NCBI GenBank assembly: GCA_002633005.1
Contig: NMRA01000681.1
Coordinates: forward strand, 107,857-171,856
Length of the DNA stretch: 64,000 nucleotides
Direction: 5' to 3'
Source: Phoronis australis
Lineage: Eukaryota; Animalia; Phoronida
Below the pieces are notes generated by a model that was not told where the DNA came from, did no database searches, and saw nothing but the letters and a program-made list of their open reading frames with translations. Position numbers and translations under genes: made by a program. Positions 14,100 through 27,600 of this stretch are shown here, piece after piece; the first letter of the stretch is position 1, and each line of letters opens with the position of its first letter.

Positions 14100-17000
14100 T
14101 TAATTGGTATTGGTTCTGATAGGCCAACCAACAGGGTATGCACTTAGTGACTCGCTGCGTTCCGTTGAACTTGTTGCTCTCATGACTGTTTCATTGTCAC
14201 CCTTTGGTTCGCTAAACAGATGTTTCATTTCCGCCTCATGAACAATCTTGTGAATGTTGTACCTTACTTCAGCTTGGGCTCTTGGTGGAAGTTTCCGAAT
14301 TGTTGACTGAATAGATGATAAAAAGAGCGAAACCTCATCTGGTTGCTGAATTCTTCCAATCCATTCACTGCCTGAACTTTGGTTTTGCGTTGATTCTTGC
14401 AGTGGGTAGGAATTACAGGTTGACACGATGGCTGGAATTTTAGCATTGGACACTCCGTAATTCTGTAGGTTTAGTTCACGTGAATCCAGTTGCCTCTTAT
14501 TTGAATTTGCATTGGTAAAAAATGGCGTCACAGATAGAGTTTGTGAGAATGGTGTCGTTATAACAGTGGCTGGCACTACATCAGAAAAAGACGTTTGAGG
14601 CACTGTAGGTATGTTAGGATACTCCACAAAGCCTGATGAAACAGTCTTACCAAAATTTGGTGATGTCACCTTCATACAACAATGTGAGTCTCTGATTTCA
14701 TCCTTGATCACAATGGTAGGGTGCTCAACATTATTGTAGGGTACGACCTCGTTATCACCATCATCATCATCATCAACGGATCCAAAACAACTTCTGAAAA
14801 GAATTTACTATTAGTCAGTTACTCGCAGAGGCAAACAAGGGAAACAGTCACCTACAGTGGTCCCACATTTTGAGAACTATTTATCTCCATTCAATAACAG
14901 GCATCAAATGGATTTCCAAAATGCAGGACCCCTGTAAATGACTATTGCTCCAATAAACATACTACTTAAAAGTATGAAGTCTAGCGGATATGCAAGAAGA
15001 CAACTTATTAGCTCAGTTCCAAAAGATCAAAATTAATTGGTTCCATACTGAACACGGTGATGAAATGGCCACGAAGATAAATGACCCCAGAAGGGAGGTG
15101 AAGAAAAAATCAACCACATATACCAACTAACACCTGCGATCAGGAACTAAGGCAGATTGCATGTCTGTTCTGTGGACTGAAAAAAATCCGTTTGTGAACA
15201 CTAATGAGAATCTGCCCTTCAATCAACCACCCCCAAATCAGCCAGCCATGACGTGCAGGTAGGTAGGAGGGACATCTGCCCTGGGCCACATGATGATAGG
15301 GGGTGGCTGCTGATAGGGGGTGGCCCAAATGTCAATTATCTTTTGCTCCAAAGTGGCTATTCAAACTTCACCACTGCAGTCGACAGAACTCATTCTTATA
15401 GTGTGAAACCTCCATTTCAATGGTTCAATTTGTTAACTCTTTAAGTGCCTATGGTCAATGCAAGCGATAGGTCGTAATACTAACATTTTTGCTTTAAAGT
15501 TCTGAATGCTACAAGTCACCACTGAAAATCCTCGTTTTGGATTGTATCCCTTTATTTGGTTTGTCAGATGAATAGTCCAAATTGCACAATAACATCGAGG
15601 ACCGAATGGTGTTTGTTGATTAGTTTAATGGGATGATGTGTCGCCGCTAACATGATTTCTTTGGATACACCTTGATCTCTAACTAGCGCTGCATCAGATG
15701 AGCATGATATGCTAATTACAAGCAAGATGGTAGATAAGATGTCTTCATGAACGCTCATTCTGAGCAGCTGATCTGCCTTCACATCAGATGTCCTGTCTGC
15801 CTTCTTATACATTAAACAACTTAACACAGAGTGAGGCAATGTGAAAAAGCACATCAAAGTCGTGCATCGTCCAGAGTAGAACATAACATTACATGTAAGC
15901 AGAAATTTCGACGTGCATAGAAAAAAATGAAACCAGTGGGAAGTCACCTTTCCCGCATTCTTGCGCGTAAGGTAACCACTACGTGAAAATATAATACGCT
16001 AGTTTGGCAAACTTAGTAAATATCCTCACCGGCTGTTTCTCAGGGTTGCTACGAGAAAGCCAAGTTTATAGGCATATTTATAAACTGTTGGTTTTTCATT
16101 TGGAGACAGTTTGATACCCTTTCGTATTCTGTCATTCTTCTTGTAACTCCTCACCATTACGTCTCTGATGTTTTTCCATTTTCCTTGAACTTCAGCAACT
16201 GAAACAATGGACCAAGGCGTGTTACATGATAGCTAATACATCAGGACTGCCACCCATAGACTCATGACATTAGCTTGCAGTTGTGACAAAAACTGTCCAG
16301 TTACGGAATGAAAAGATGAATTCTATCATATGATTTATGAATTTAAACTTCAAACATCACCAACCAATCACTTGAGTGGCTGCCATTTTGTGTTACATTA
16401 TATCAGTATGGTCTCGAGCGCTCACCAAACCCTCAGCATTTGGTCACAGGATTTTGCGTGGTCTCAATTGTCTCACAAAAAGTTGGTCCATAAAATGCTC
16501 CACAGATTTACAGGGGAGGGGACCCAAAAAGAGCTCTAATTTACGTTTCATCCAAATTGTATGTTTACATCATTTTTCCACATTTTAGATGATGTAGACA
16601 GTAGATACAAGAAATTATTTTGGATGAAATTGAACATCACACTAAGCCACAGTGTGTCACAATTGTTACGGTCTGCTTTTCCAAAAACTGGTACTTGAAG
16701 CACAAACACACCATGCAGGTGGGATTTAGGCATGAACAATCTACCTCATAGAAATTAAGTAATCCGAAAGTTTGCAGGTCAAATCTCCAGAGACTGAAAC
16801 TATAAAATCTACCAATAAAATCAGAGTGAATATACTCGGAGGATTGTAGAAGATCCATATGGAGGATCATTGTAAGTAATAATCTTAGTCATAACGACAA
16901 CTGCTTGTAAGAAATGGCACATTGATATTTTTTTGGGGATACATCAACCTATTCCTGAAAGTTGCAAGGATTCTGGCTAAAGCAGGTCAATTGCTGTGAC

Positions 17001-20000
17001 TGTTAAAGGAATTTTGCTCAATTTCTAGTCTCCTGAAATTAACCTTCAAATACTCAATAGAGAAGCTTTGGCGATTTCGTTCAAATGAGAATAAGGCGAT
17101 CAAGTCACTAACAACTCAGCATTCATGGCAGCGGCCATGGACAGTAACAATAAGAATTCATCTCTATTCTGTTCTCAATTGTTTGAACAAAGATGAAAAT
17201 TAGTTCCTTTGGTATTGTAGCAGTTTGTAGCAAGAAATGGACGACACACTCCAGATGGCCCTTGACCGAATCTACATACCAAACTTCAATAGAATACCTT
17301 AAAGGAATGCAAAGCAAAATTTTGAAAAATGTCCATCACAGCTCCATCTTTGATCCGGTTATGCCACAGAGCAAGGGGCTTTGATATTTAACAAGATAAA
17401 TGTTGTGTGCGAATATCATGTCAATCGGACAAAAAATGTGACAAACACAAAAAAATAAATTTCGCAAAGTAAAAAGAACAGTAATAACATAGAAATGCAC
17501 AGTAGACGGAGAACAATTTAGCTTAACGTGAATACAGCTAAAACACAATGTATTCAGGTAGGAAGGCAGCTGCACAGCATTAAACAATAAAATATTAAAC
17601 ACAATTGCACAAGAGAATACAATACAAACAGCACGTACGCCATAGCTGCAGGTTGAGAGGTCTGATTAGCATTCATTTTGTACTAGAATATTTCAAAAAA
17701 TCCCTATTATCTAAATTTTGAAACATTCAATAAATTTGTTTACAAAGGCAAAAAAATCAAATATTTGTTGTTTCTCTTATAAACAAACCAAATCTTCATT
17801 TCAATTTTCATAAACTGTTTTGAGACATCATGTCAAAATTTTGCTTAAAGCAGCAATAACCAACTTTTGATATAGACCATTTACCATAATGAAATAAGTC
17901 TCATATTGTTCCTTAGTAAAATTACAGATGATTTCACGGCTTAGAAAAAACTGACAGTTCATCTATATAATGTTTTCAGACTAGGATATTCAAATTGGCT
18001 TGTCATGGTTTGTCACTTTATGGACAGCGCATGGTCTCGAGGAATAATGAACTGTCACATCTCATCAGAGTAATGAATGAGATGAGACCACTATTTTTGT
18101 CAAAGTGACAGTAAGTTCATTCAATTCTTGGATGGTACACAGGTTTATAGCCACTTTAAAATTTCATGGACAAATTTTTTGTCACCGATTTTCTGTCCGC
18201 AATGCTGAATTGTTTATTCAATTTCTCTAAAATACTGATCATAATCATAATTTATTTTCACAAACTCACAGCACCTAATTAAAAGAGCAACATTCATTTT
18301 TTGAATTTACTAACAGTGTAGAAGTTTTGATGTGAATTTGAAAATCAAAACTGACAGTTTTTTTTTTCGATTAAGTCCATGCTCTTTTTGATCAAAAGTT
18401 CTTTAGCAAAGCCAAAGAATTTATTGGGATTTGTGTAGCCCTGGATTTTAGATTTACTGGACAATTTAAGGTGCAAAAATGCAAAAGTTACCATGTTCTG
18501 ACTCTTCTATCAAGATTCACTGAGCTGTAATTTCATTCACCAATCTAATGTTTGAGAACAAAAATATGGTCCACCACAGGAAAAAGGACTGGATTAAATG
18601 ACAGAAGAGAGAGTGTTTTTAGATGGTTAGGTCTACCATGCCTAAAAGTTAAGGTTACTGTTATGGATAGGAATTATTTTGTAACAGCATATAATTCTGT
18701 CCATTTATCACCAACAGAGGTCACTCTGATGGAAACGGCTATTCTTGTGTCAGCACGAGATAAATCTGTCAACTGATCAGGTAACCTGGCTCTTGATTAA
18801 TGAAACAAGGCAATATTAGGACAATCTAATTGAATGGAAAATAAGATTATGATTAACTGAAGATGTCGAGAAATTCATCAGTATAATGTTCCATGTATAC
18901 TAACTTTAAGGCATGGTAGACCTAACCATCTACAAACCCTCTCTTAGTCTCCTTCCCGTACTATCAGTGTAAAAAAACAACAAACGTCCAAACCAAGATT
19001 TTGCTGGTTCCCTGCAGGTCCGCTAGGGCCGGGGGAAAGGGGACACACATTTAATTTTCCTAGTGAAAATTTTTACACCGGCATGTCTGATTGGCTGGTC
19101 GAATTGTCAACAGGTAGCGCGTTATACGTAAACATAGTGGCATGACTGATGGAGGAAGTGTAAAGGTGCTTAATTAGGATATGGTCAAGAAATGTGATTC
19201 AGAAAATTGTGGTTGCACCTTCTCGGTGTGATTCCCCCTAGGGGCCACGAAACGAATCAGCAAGCTTTCTTTGTTCTGGGCTTGGAATGACCAATGACAA
19301 AAAACGCGGAAACTTTTACGGCCCAAATCATGCCCGATAACTAGCCTTGAAATGGTCAATGTGAACCTTTCCTCGACAAAAATCGGGAGGACTAAAAAAA
19401 AAAGAAAAACTGTCCCAGATGCCCCGGCAATGTTGACAATTTACGTTCCTCCGAAACATAAAGAGCAACTTCCGCTTTTCGAGGTGAACGTCGTCTGCAA
19501 CGCCGCGGTAAGAAAGGAATTTGCCGCGGAAATTTTATATCAAATCCCTTTTTTTTACGTGGAAATATTATAAAAAAAGCGGAAAACACATTTGAAAAAA
19601 GCGGAAATCCGCGTTTCCGCGGAAAATTCCAAGCCCTGTTTGTTGTAAAGCTAACCAATAACTGCTGAGGTTACATCAACCAGTGATAAAACACGTATGC
19701 TGCTGAATGATACTTGTGGGTCCCTTTTCCACAGCAGACACCCAGGAAACCAGTTTGATAACGGGAGTATTTGTTCAAGGTGGAAGGAATTAAACACATC
19801 GACTGCCTCCTAAGGTGTCCCTCTAGGCACAAAAGGTATTTATAACAATGTGACTTTGATGTTTTAGTTGGTGTGAGGTATAATTCACTGAAAAACTTCC
19901 TGCATATGAAACTCCATAGGAGCTACATCGTTTCTTGTCAGCTAGAGACGGTGGTCACTGCATGTCTACACCACTGGATGGTTCGAGACCTGTCAAGAGT

Positions 20001-20271
20001 AGAAAAGGACAATGTGTATGCTTCGTAATTTTTTCAATAAACACAAAGACGGATTCAAAAAATACCAATATCAAGCGGCTACGATTTTGGAGTCTGATTG
20101 TAAATGGCACTGCCTATAATTTTACCATGCGAACCACATCTCACCACTAGTTCCAAGCTTTGAAGCAATTTCTAACCAAATTTCTTCCTTCGACCTGTCC
20201 GATTCGGCAGTTCTGTCGTACAAACATCGCCACTTCTTCACTTCATCAATCACCTCCTCAGTAAAGTTCAT
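14100..20271 (-). CDS. MADF (Myb/SANT-like) + BESS domain protein, Adf-1-like; exons 20271-20145, 16198-16030, 14793-14100 (329 aa)
   Basis: Exon 1 MNFTEEVIDEVKKWRCLYDRTAESDRSKEEIWLEIASKLGTS (donor gtgaga). Exon 2 VAEVQGKWKNIRDVMVRSYKK...YKYAYKLGFL (donor gtgagg) completes the MADF domain. Exon 3 has DDDDD and the BESS motif DEVSLFLSSIQSTIRKLPPRAQAEVRYNIHKIVHEAE. Phases 1 and 2 join in frame: 127+169+694=990 nt. Confidence 0.9.
18608..18944. mobile_element. MITE-like element with ~40-bp terminal inverted repeats in MADF gene intron 1
   Basis: tagatggttaggtctaccatgcctaaaagtta at the left end versus taactttaaggcatggtagacctaaccatcta at the right end. Confidence 0.6.
19277..19638. mobile_element. 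Possible hAT-like MITE
   Basis: Short TIRs ctgggcttggaat ... attccaagccctg and internal repeated gcggaaa motifs. No clean TSD seen. Confidence 0.45.
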
Positions 20272-20916
20272 CCTATCTCAAGACGACCACAAAGACACAG
20301 AGAAAACAAGTAAAAATGGATAGGCCCTAACGAAAACCGGACATGACCACCTGAACAACACTACACACATGTAACCGCGAGACTTCGCCGAGATAGCGAC
20401 GCGACGCAGAGCGATGTCAGTCGTCTGCGGAAGTTGATAATGATGGTCAGGATTATTTTATGGGATTCTAAAAATTCCACAATTGAGTGCCAATTGGAAA
20501 CTAAAGACCGTTAACATGCAAATTTTGATTTTGAAACCTTGTTATTATTACAAAAATTTCATAGAAATTAACTTGTATGATATCTCGAGTCAACTCTGGT
20601 GTAAATATTGCTGAAATGGCCTCTCCCGATACAGTCTCCCTATAATATCTAATCCACCCGGTCTGTCGGCAAAACCCAGCATGCTCGCCGGCGTGTCGCC
20701 CGAATACACTGTTCTTCACTCATGCTCAAGATCGACATGTTATGTGAAGGTTAAGATTTTCGGTAAGACCTTTTTAAAATTATCAACAATTAAGACCATG
20801 AAAAACTGTAGACTTAATTGACATCTCACTAAAAGTTTATATTTTCTGAAAGTAGGAAAGCTTCATTTGTACCGGTATTGGAATTTAATTTTTGTCTTTT
20901 TGCGAAACTGCCATTA

Positions 20917-21337
20917 CATGGGCGGCGCACCATCGGGGGCTGGGGGGCTATAGCCCCCTACAGCAGTGCTGCGCCACCCATGGTCGACTGATAGGCGCTG
21001 CACCACACCACGGGGGGCCGGGGGCTGTAGCCCTCCTCCCACTTTTTTCAGTGCTGCGCTGCCCGTGAATGTCTTTTTGATGAAAGTTCATAGCTCCCCC
21101 CCCCCCCCCCTTGGCTGGTGCAAGCAAAATCAAAGAGCAACAGCGGAGGGAGGGGGGGTTTAGGAGGAATCAAGTGTTGCCGAGTTTTTTTTTGGTCCTC
21201 TGATAGATTTNNNNNNNNNNNNNNNNNNNNNNNNNNNNNNNNNNNNNNNNNNNNNNNNNNNNNNNNNNNNNNNNNNNNNNNNNNNNNNNNNNNNNNNNNN
21301 NNNCCCCCCCCCCTTATGGCATCCTAGATCCGCCACT
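20917..21337. repeat. Cluster of G/C-run MITE fragments around an N gap (21211-21303)
   Basis: catgggcggcgcacca...tgctgcgccacccatg inverted pair. A related sequence occurs at the window end (63938-64000, catgggtggcgcagcactgaaaaaagtggg) and at ~11205-11221. The cctagatccgccactg end is shared with 7531-7546. Confidence 0.55.
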
Positions 21338-22250
21338 GTGCCAAGTGTGCGTTTATGGTTCGGTCATGCGTAGTGCGCTCTCTCATGGAACCCTATTATG
21401 CGTATTACTACGCAGAATGAAAGGAACACTGATAGCAAAACAACTGTATCAATAACTGAGGACCAATTTTTTATCTAAATGTTCAAGATTAAATCTCAAA
21501 GTGGCTAATTTCTGTTCGTCTGTTGTGCAAATTTTTGACGTTTTTCAGGAAAATCTTAAAAGCTCTATTATTGATATCTCTCATGTAAAAGGAGCTAACA
21601 ATTCCTAATTAATAGTGTTTTGGAAAACTTCAAAACAATTAAACACTATATCTGAACGTTTTACGATATAGGCTGAAGCTGAACATTGGCCGGAGATATA
21701 ACGTTTCGAAGAAAGCGTTAAAATTTGGACAGTTAGGATCCTACATAACTTTACTTCGAATGAAGATTTGGGATTAGTAAAGAATCAAGGCCACGTATAT
21801 TGTTACTATCTAGCAGAGTTTTAGTGATTTCTTGGTGGTTCCGTCGTCAGAGATCCGCTCACTGTCGTCTACCTAGGGGAGCTGGAGCTGGAAAATTAAA
21901 ATATCCACTCATTTATACCACTGCTGTGTCCCATTTTATTTTGGCAGCAAAAGGTTTTCTGTCAAAACCACCATCTTTAGGGGTTCAATAGGGATTCTTG
22001 GACAGCTTAATTTTGAAAACACCGCCTTGATGCTCTCAAAAAGGAGTTCATTTTTGAAGCAAAAGATTGAAAATAGCATATTAGATAAAAATGCTTTAGG
22101 ATATCAGTCACATCGCGGATTTGAGTCTTCAATGGAACCATGGCGGAGCTGTCGCTGGCAATAAATATATACTGGTACAGACACCGTGACAGGCTTGGTC
22201 ATTTCCAAATGTCTAGCTAGTGACAACAGGAAGCCCAGCGTTTGGTAATG

Positions 22251-22411
22251 CAGTGGCGGATTTAGAGGGAGACCACTAAGGGGGCCATGGCTCCCCTAAA
22301 ACTCTCCGAGATTCCATTTGCCAGTTCGGGGTGCGAATGTCTGACGGGCAAAATCCTGGCTAATACTCTGCTCTGGGCACCCCATACTAAAAATCCTGGA
22401 TCCGCCCCCTG
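22251..22411. mobile_element. 161-bp MITE with 5-bp TSD TAATG
   Basis: TIRs cagtggcggattt ... ggatccgccccctg with TAATG on both sides. Inverted homolog of the element at 51544-51766. Confidence 0.8.
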
Positions 22412-24622
22412 TAATGAATTCACAAAAACAACGCGATTTGTTGCTTTTGTAGCTCAAACTAACAACTCCAAAACGTCTACCCATCCAACAGCATGCCAAA
22501 TGCCAAAATTACGTTCTTCGGCCGTGAAAACATGCAATACTTTTCTTAAAGGGATACACCCTCTCGTAAGGGTGGTCGTGAATGAAGTCACCATTCTTCA
22601 AGTCGCTCCGTCCCGGACCTTTCCAGTTGGAGTATACTCGGGCGTCTACGACTTGGCCATGAGCAAGTTTCATGCGCTGGAGAGAAGTGAGTTGGCACAA
22701 GTCTTCGCGTGTTGTCGAAGTACCGGTACTTTATGTATTGCGTGATCCCAAGGGACTGAGTACTCCAAAGACGAGGTATACGGGGCATGCAGATCAGAAG
22801 GGTGACAAAATTCTCGACTGAGAAGCCTATCTTCCAACGAAACTGGGTCTATCGTTTCTCATGTAGTTGCCTCAGTCAAAGTGTTAGAGACAAGGTCATT
22901 GATGAGTAAAACCGCACTCATTACTTCCCCTCTCATGGCTAAGAGACGCCATCTAACAATGCCAATGTTGCCCCATTTATTTTAGTTTCGAACGGTTTCG
23001 CATTGGCTTGTAGCTTAGATATTTCTACAGGTGTGTCCCGAAATTCGGGTCCAGTCATCATAAGCAGGTTTTTCACAACCGGTGTATTTGTGAAGAAACA
23101 CATTGCGTGATGTCTGAAGTCAGATACTCGTCATTCGAGACTCCAATCTAATCGACTGATATATGTATAACTATACAAACAAGTATACAACGGAAAACCA
23201 AAGCTTCGACAGCGCGCCACGTCCGGAGTAAGGGGGTGTGAGAACACTCATGTAATTGAAGGGTGTGGCGAATATTGTTTGCAACTTTGAAAGGAACAGG
23301 GGCCGGGCAATTGGGAGCGGTTGCAAAAAAATTATGACGACCCATGATGGGGGCGGGCGCCGAAAACTGGGGTTTACGCCATGAACCGTTCGTGTTTAGT
23401 TAGCTCAACAGGGCGAAATGCAGTTCCGGAAATCTCTCAGTGATCAATGATTCTGTCATTTTTTGTGCGGTTCCCCCGAGATGTCCTCCGTCGTCATGGG
23501 CTAGGGCCGACTGGACTGACACGAATGAGCTATATTTTAACCGGTGATAGGACGGAGTTCCTGGCGACTATTTACATATACAAGCGACATTGCGAGCAAC
23601 ATTCGATTTTCCACATTTACACCTATTCTCAAATTCGAGTTCTCAACACACAGCTCACATCGTGTCTCAGTCTACTCGCCAAACGAGTGAGAAAATGTGA
23701 CCTAACTCTAAAGTTTTGAAAGAAGGGTTTTCTTAAATACAGTACCTTTGCGGTTACAGGGATAAGAATTTTGTCAGTCAACTTAGTTACTGCCGAGCTG
23801 TCAGGAAAAAATAATTTACAGAGTCAAAAGACTTTCAAAAACTGTTTAAGACGGTATGCGTAAAACCATACGATCTGACAACGAACATGATTATGTAGGA
23901 CAAAAAGTCAATTATGTAGGAATATTTAGCATGACGTTATTTTGACGTCATGACATTTTGGACCAAGTGTGAGGGCATCTGCTGCCATGACACATCATCC
24001 TTAAACAGGCCGAATAGATATACATAGTCGATGTCACATGAATGCGTTATTTTTTAGGAATTTCTTTTCTTTAATAAAACACAAAATTATGGACTAGTTA
24101 TGCATTTCGCTACATGTTCAGTGACATATTTGGACTAAAAAAAATCTAATGTGTTCTAAAAATTAGCTGAGAACAAGTCCAAAAACGCGCGCATGATTTT
24201 TTGAATTATGAAGGATCGAAGGATAATTGTTCTTGAATAAACCTAGTAAGCGGGTTCATTTTTTTGCTAATCGCTTAGTAAAATTTCAGACATTTTGGTC
24301 GTGACATGGTTTGGTCTTCCTTAGCCAGAAGTGCCTGGTACCAGGAAATCATCCTGCTCGTGGTACGCACCTGAACTGAGAGGGATAATCTACTTTCAGA
24401 CACTGTGGTCTTCGATGGTCATAACACTGAGCGGGTTTTGTAGGCCTACTTTACACGCAACTGACAGCCCACTAAGCTCTTTTGTCCTGTACAACAACGC
24501 CATCTAGGTCAACCTAGTTTTGTGACCTCTTTGTTCACCTTTGCGTGCGATAAAAAACGTAGGCGTGTTTTGCGTACGTGTGGAATAGCCTGGCTTAGGA
24601 CGGAGGTGTTCAACATACCAAA

Positions 24623-27600
24623 ATGTCAGACCAAAATGTTAGCGGGCAAGATCAAAATGTGCACGACGAACACCATGTTACGCACGATGAACAACCCGAG
24701 TTTACTCACAACATTTTAATAGCTGTTGATGCATCTGATTATTCTGTTTTCGCCTTCAACTGTAAGTATCATGCATGAGCAGATGAACGATGGCTACACT
24801 GCCATGCCGATAATCTCGGACTCGCTAACACACGAATTGATTACACAGTCGCGGATAAACGTAGGTTATGCTACTTGTTTAACTTATACGCACATTTTTG
24901 TAAGACGAATACCTTGCTCATTTAGGCGGCTTAGGTCATTACAAAGTGAAAGTTTAACGGTGCAGTGTAGGACATTGGTGTCACTGTGCTGCGAAATCTA
25001 AAGTAGGCCCTGCGGGATTACGTAACTCATATTTCTCGACAGGCCCTAATGATTCCACCGTGAACAAAGTCGTAGGCAGCTTACGGTCCCTACTATAGTT
25101 TTTCATTCAATGTAGTCAGGCCATGGGGGGCAGGTGGTGCATTGCTACATGACAGCTTGGAATCCTTGAAGTGCTTAATCTTACAACTCGACTTGGAATT
25201 AGGCCTACATGAGGAAACTTGGCAAGTTCACTAAAATAATCCCATTCACGTTGATAAAAGTTTTCTCTGCACTGAAATCAAAATAATGTAAATTTTATCC
25301 AATTTTTCAAGTATTGGCAAAACATGATTCTGTGACACAAGTTACGATAAAGTAGAAAATAGGGGACCGTGATGAAAATAATTACAGAAACTCTTTACAC
25401 TGAACAAAAAAGTTCACCTGGTTGCCAAATTGAGTATTCAGTTCCAAGCTCACGCGATCTTGAATTTAAGCAGGATTCCAATTTCATGCCATTATGGTGT
25501 TTTCCCGTTGTTCCCAACTTGTTCGTTTCTATAGCCCAACAACAAGTTGGAAAGTTTACACCTGTAGCCAATATCTTACACGACTGATTAACTCCATACT
25601 GGCATTCATGGTTGGAGGGCCAGCTCTCTTTTGTTCGATAATTGCTCTGATCTTCAAAAAGATCCTATCTAGCCTGACTGGGCTGTGCTGTTAAAAATAA
25701 ACGTTAAGTTATAAAATATTTGAACATAAGCCAATAGCATTTCTGAAATCCTCGTCTAATGGTGATCATGTTTAGTTTTTGAATCGCCAAAATCACCCAA
25801 CTGCAACCGAAGTTACGATAATCTATTCTTTCTGAATGTACCAATTCACTCTGGGTTTCACGGTGTTCACATGTGGTCTGTAATAATCCTGGTAGATAAT
25901 CGGCCTGCCTGTTGTCATAAAAGACAAAAGACTTTGCTTGGTAGTTAACAAAGAAGCTAGATGTTATCACACGCTCAGAACCCCCTTCATCTGGTAAAGT
26001 CACTGAACGGGAAAACGCTGTCATGCACAGCAGTGCAACTGCCTACCCTATGACATGTGATCTTAATGTATTGGCAGCACTTAATATGCACTCACTGAAC
26101 ATCTCACATGAATACCATATACCGGTAAGAATGTACTTAGTGAGTGGATTTCTTTTGAAGGGTCATTTTTGACTGATTTTGACAAATCTTAGTTTCCAAC
26201 ACTTTAAGGAGGACGTTGTCATGGCAAATCGCTAATGTTCGCCCTGAGACAGGCTAGATCTTATCTTGCTTAGGTGCAAAGATTTATATTGAATATATAC
26301 AGTGGCATGGATCAGGATCGTGGCCAGCAACATTATGATCTGGGTAACATTGGTGGCACTTGGTGTTCTTTTATTAGACCTACAGTAGAGTTCTAGATGT
26401 CCCCAAGATGGAATACACTGGCCAGTTGCATTTTACATGCAGACTGCATGGGTTTGTAATTACCTCGGGCTTATTTTGTGGAGGAGACTATATATAGTTC
26501 ACCTAAGAACTTATTGTGTGCTTGTCTTAATGTTGAGTTGTGTGTGCCATGAGTTTGCTGACCAGTGGGAATTCATGGCATATAATTTGTAAATCAACAT
26601 TTGTTAAGCCTTTTTAATGAGGCTTCCCTTGTTACAAGATATTATAATGAATTGCATCCTTTGCACATCACTGAGCCCTCCATTAGTTCGCTCCAATTAG
26701 TATTAGGATGGTCATTTGTTCAGCTAGAGGACAGTACAGATAGAAATAACGCCAGTTCTTCCTTGTTGATTGGAGGAGTAGATCATCTCACTGCTACTAT
26801 GAACACTCAATGGTCCACCACAGTCAGTGACCCAAAGCTGTTACATTATAGAGAGAAAATCTTCCCTTTGAACACCTTGTACTTCAGCAATTAGTTTGTA
26901 CAATTCCTAGTTGTCTTCAAGAGGTCTGTCTACTCAGGGAAGCTGGTCTAAGGTGCTAATGTGTGGAGTATAGCATGTTACCCCATTACCAATGGCTTCC
27001 TGGCTAAAGTAGATTGATATATGATGGATTAAACTCTTTGTCCTCTAAAATTGAATTCAGTCCAGTAAAAGTAGTATCTGTCCAAATATATGATTATTTG
27101 AAACTTTTTTTGATCTAGCTCAAGATGTTTACTGTTTTTCAATGCTAATCTTTCTTTAGTGATAAAAATTGACTTTTCTTGGTCAACTCTTGAGTCTTCT
27201 TGATAACTCTCTGGAGCTTGTCATACTGGGACATATGGCAACCATACAGTTCAGATTTGTTTATTCAGCAACAGGTGTCCACAGCAGGGCTTAATGGCCT
27301 GGCTCCAACCCAGGTTAAGTAAAGAATTGAAGTTAAGGGTCAAAATGTGAGGTCAAATCTAAATGCCAAGAGTTGTCACTAAATTATTTGTGAACCAAGA
27401 AAATGTAAAATCATGCCACCCTGAAAACAACTTCAGTGACCAAATGATGAAATGTAATTTTTGTAATGTAAAAGTTAATTCAAACACTGCAGTTTTTTCA
27501 TAAATATAACAATTTGACCTGTGGCATCTTCAAGTTCCGATTCTGATTAAGATCTCAAAAATCCCGCTCTGTAGCCAACCCTCTGCTCTGAATCAATACT

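Noticed and set aside
22287-22900. 152-aa ORF and overlapping minus-strand ORFs in a somewhat GC-richer stretch
   Set aside because: The ORF starts inside a MITE, and I recognised no domain or convincing splice structure in the frames read.
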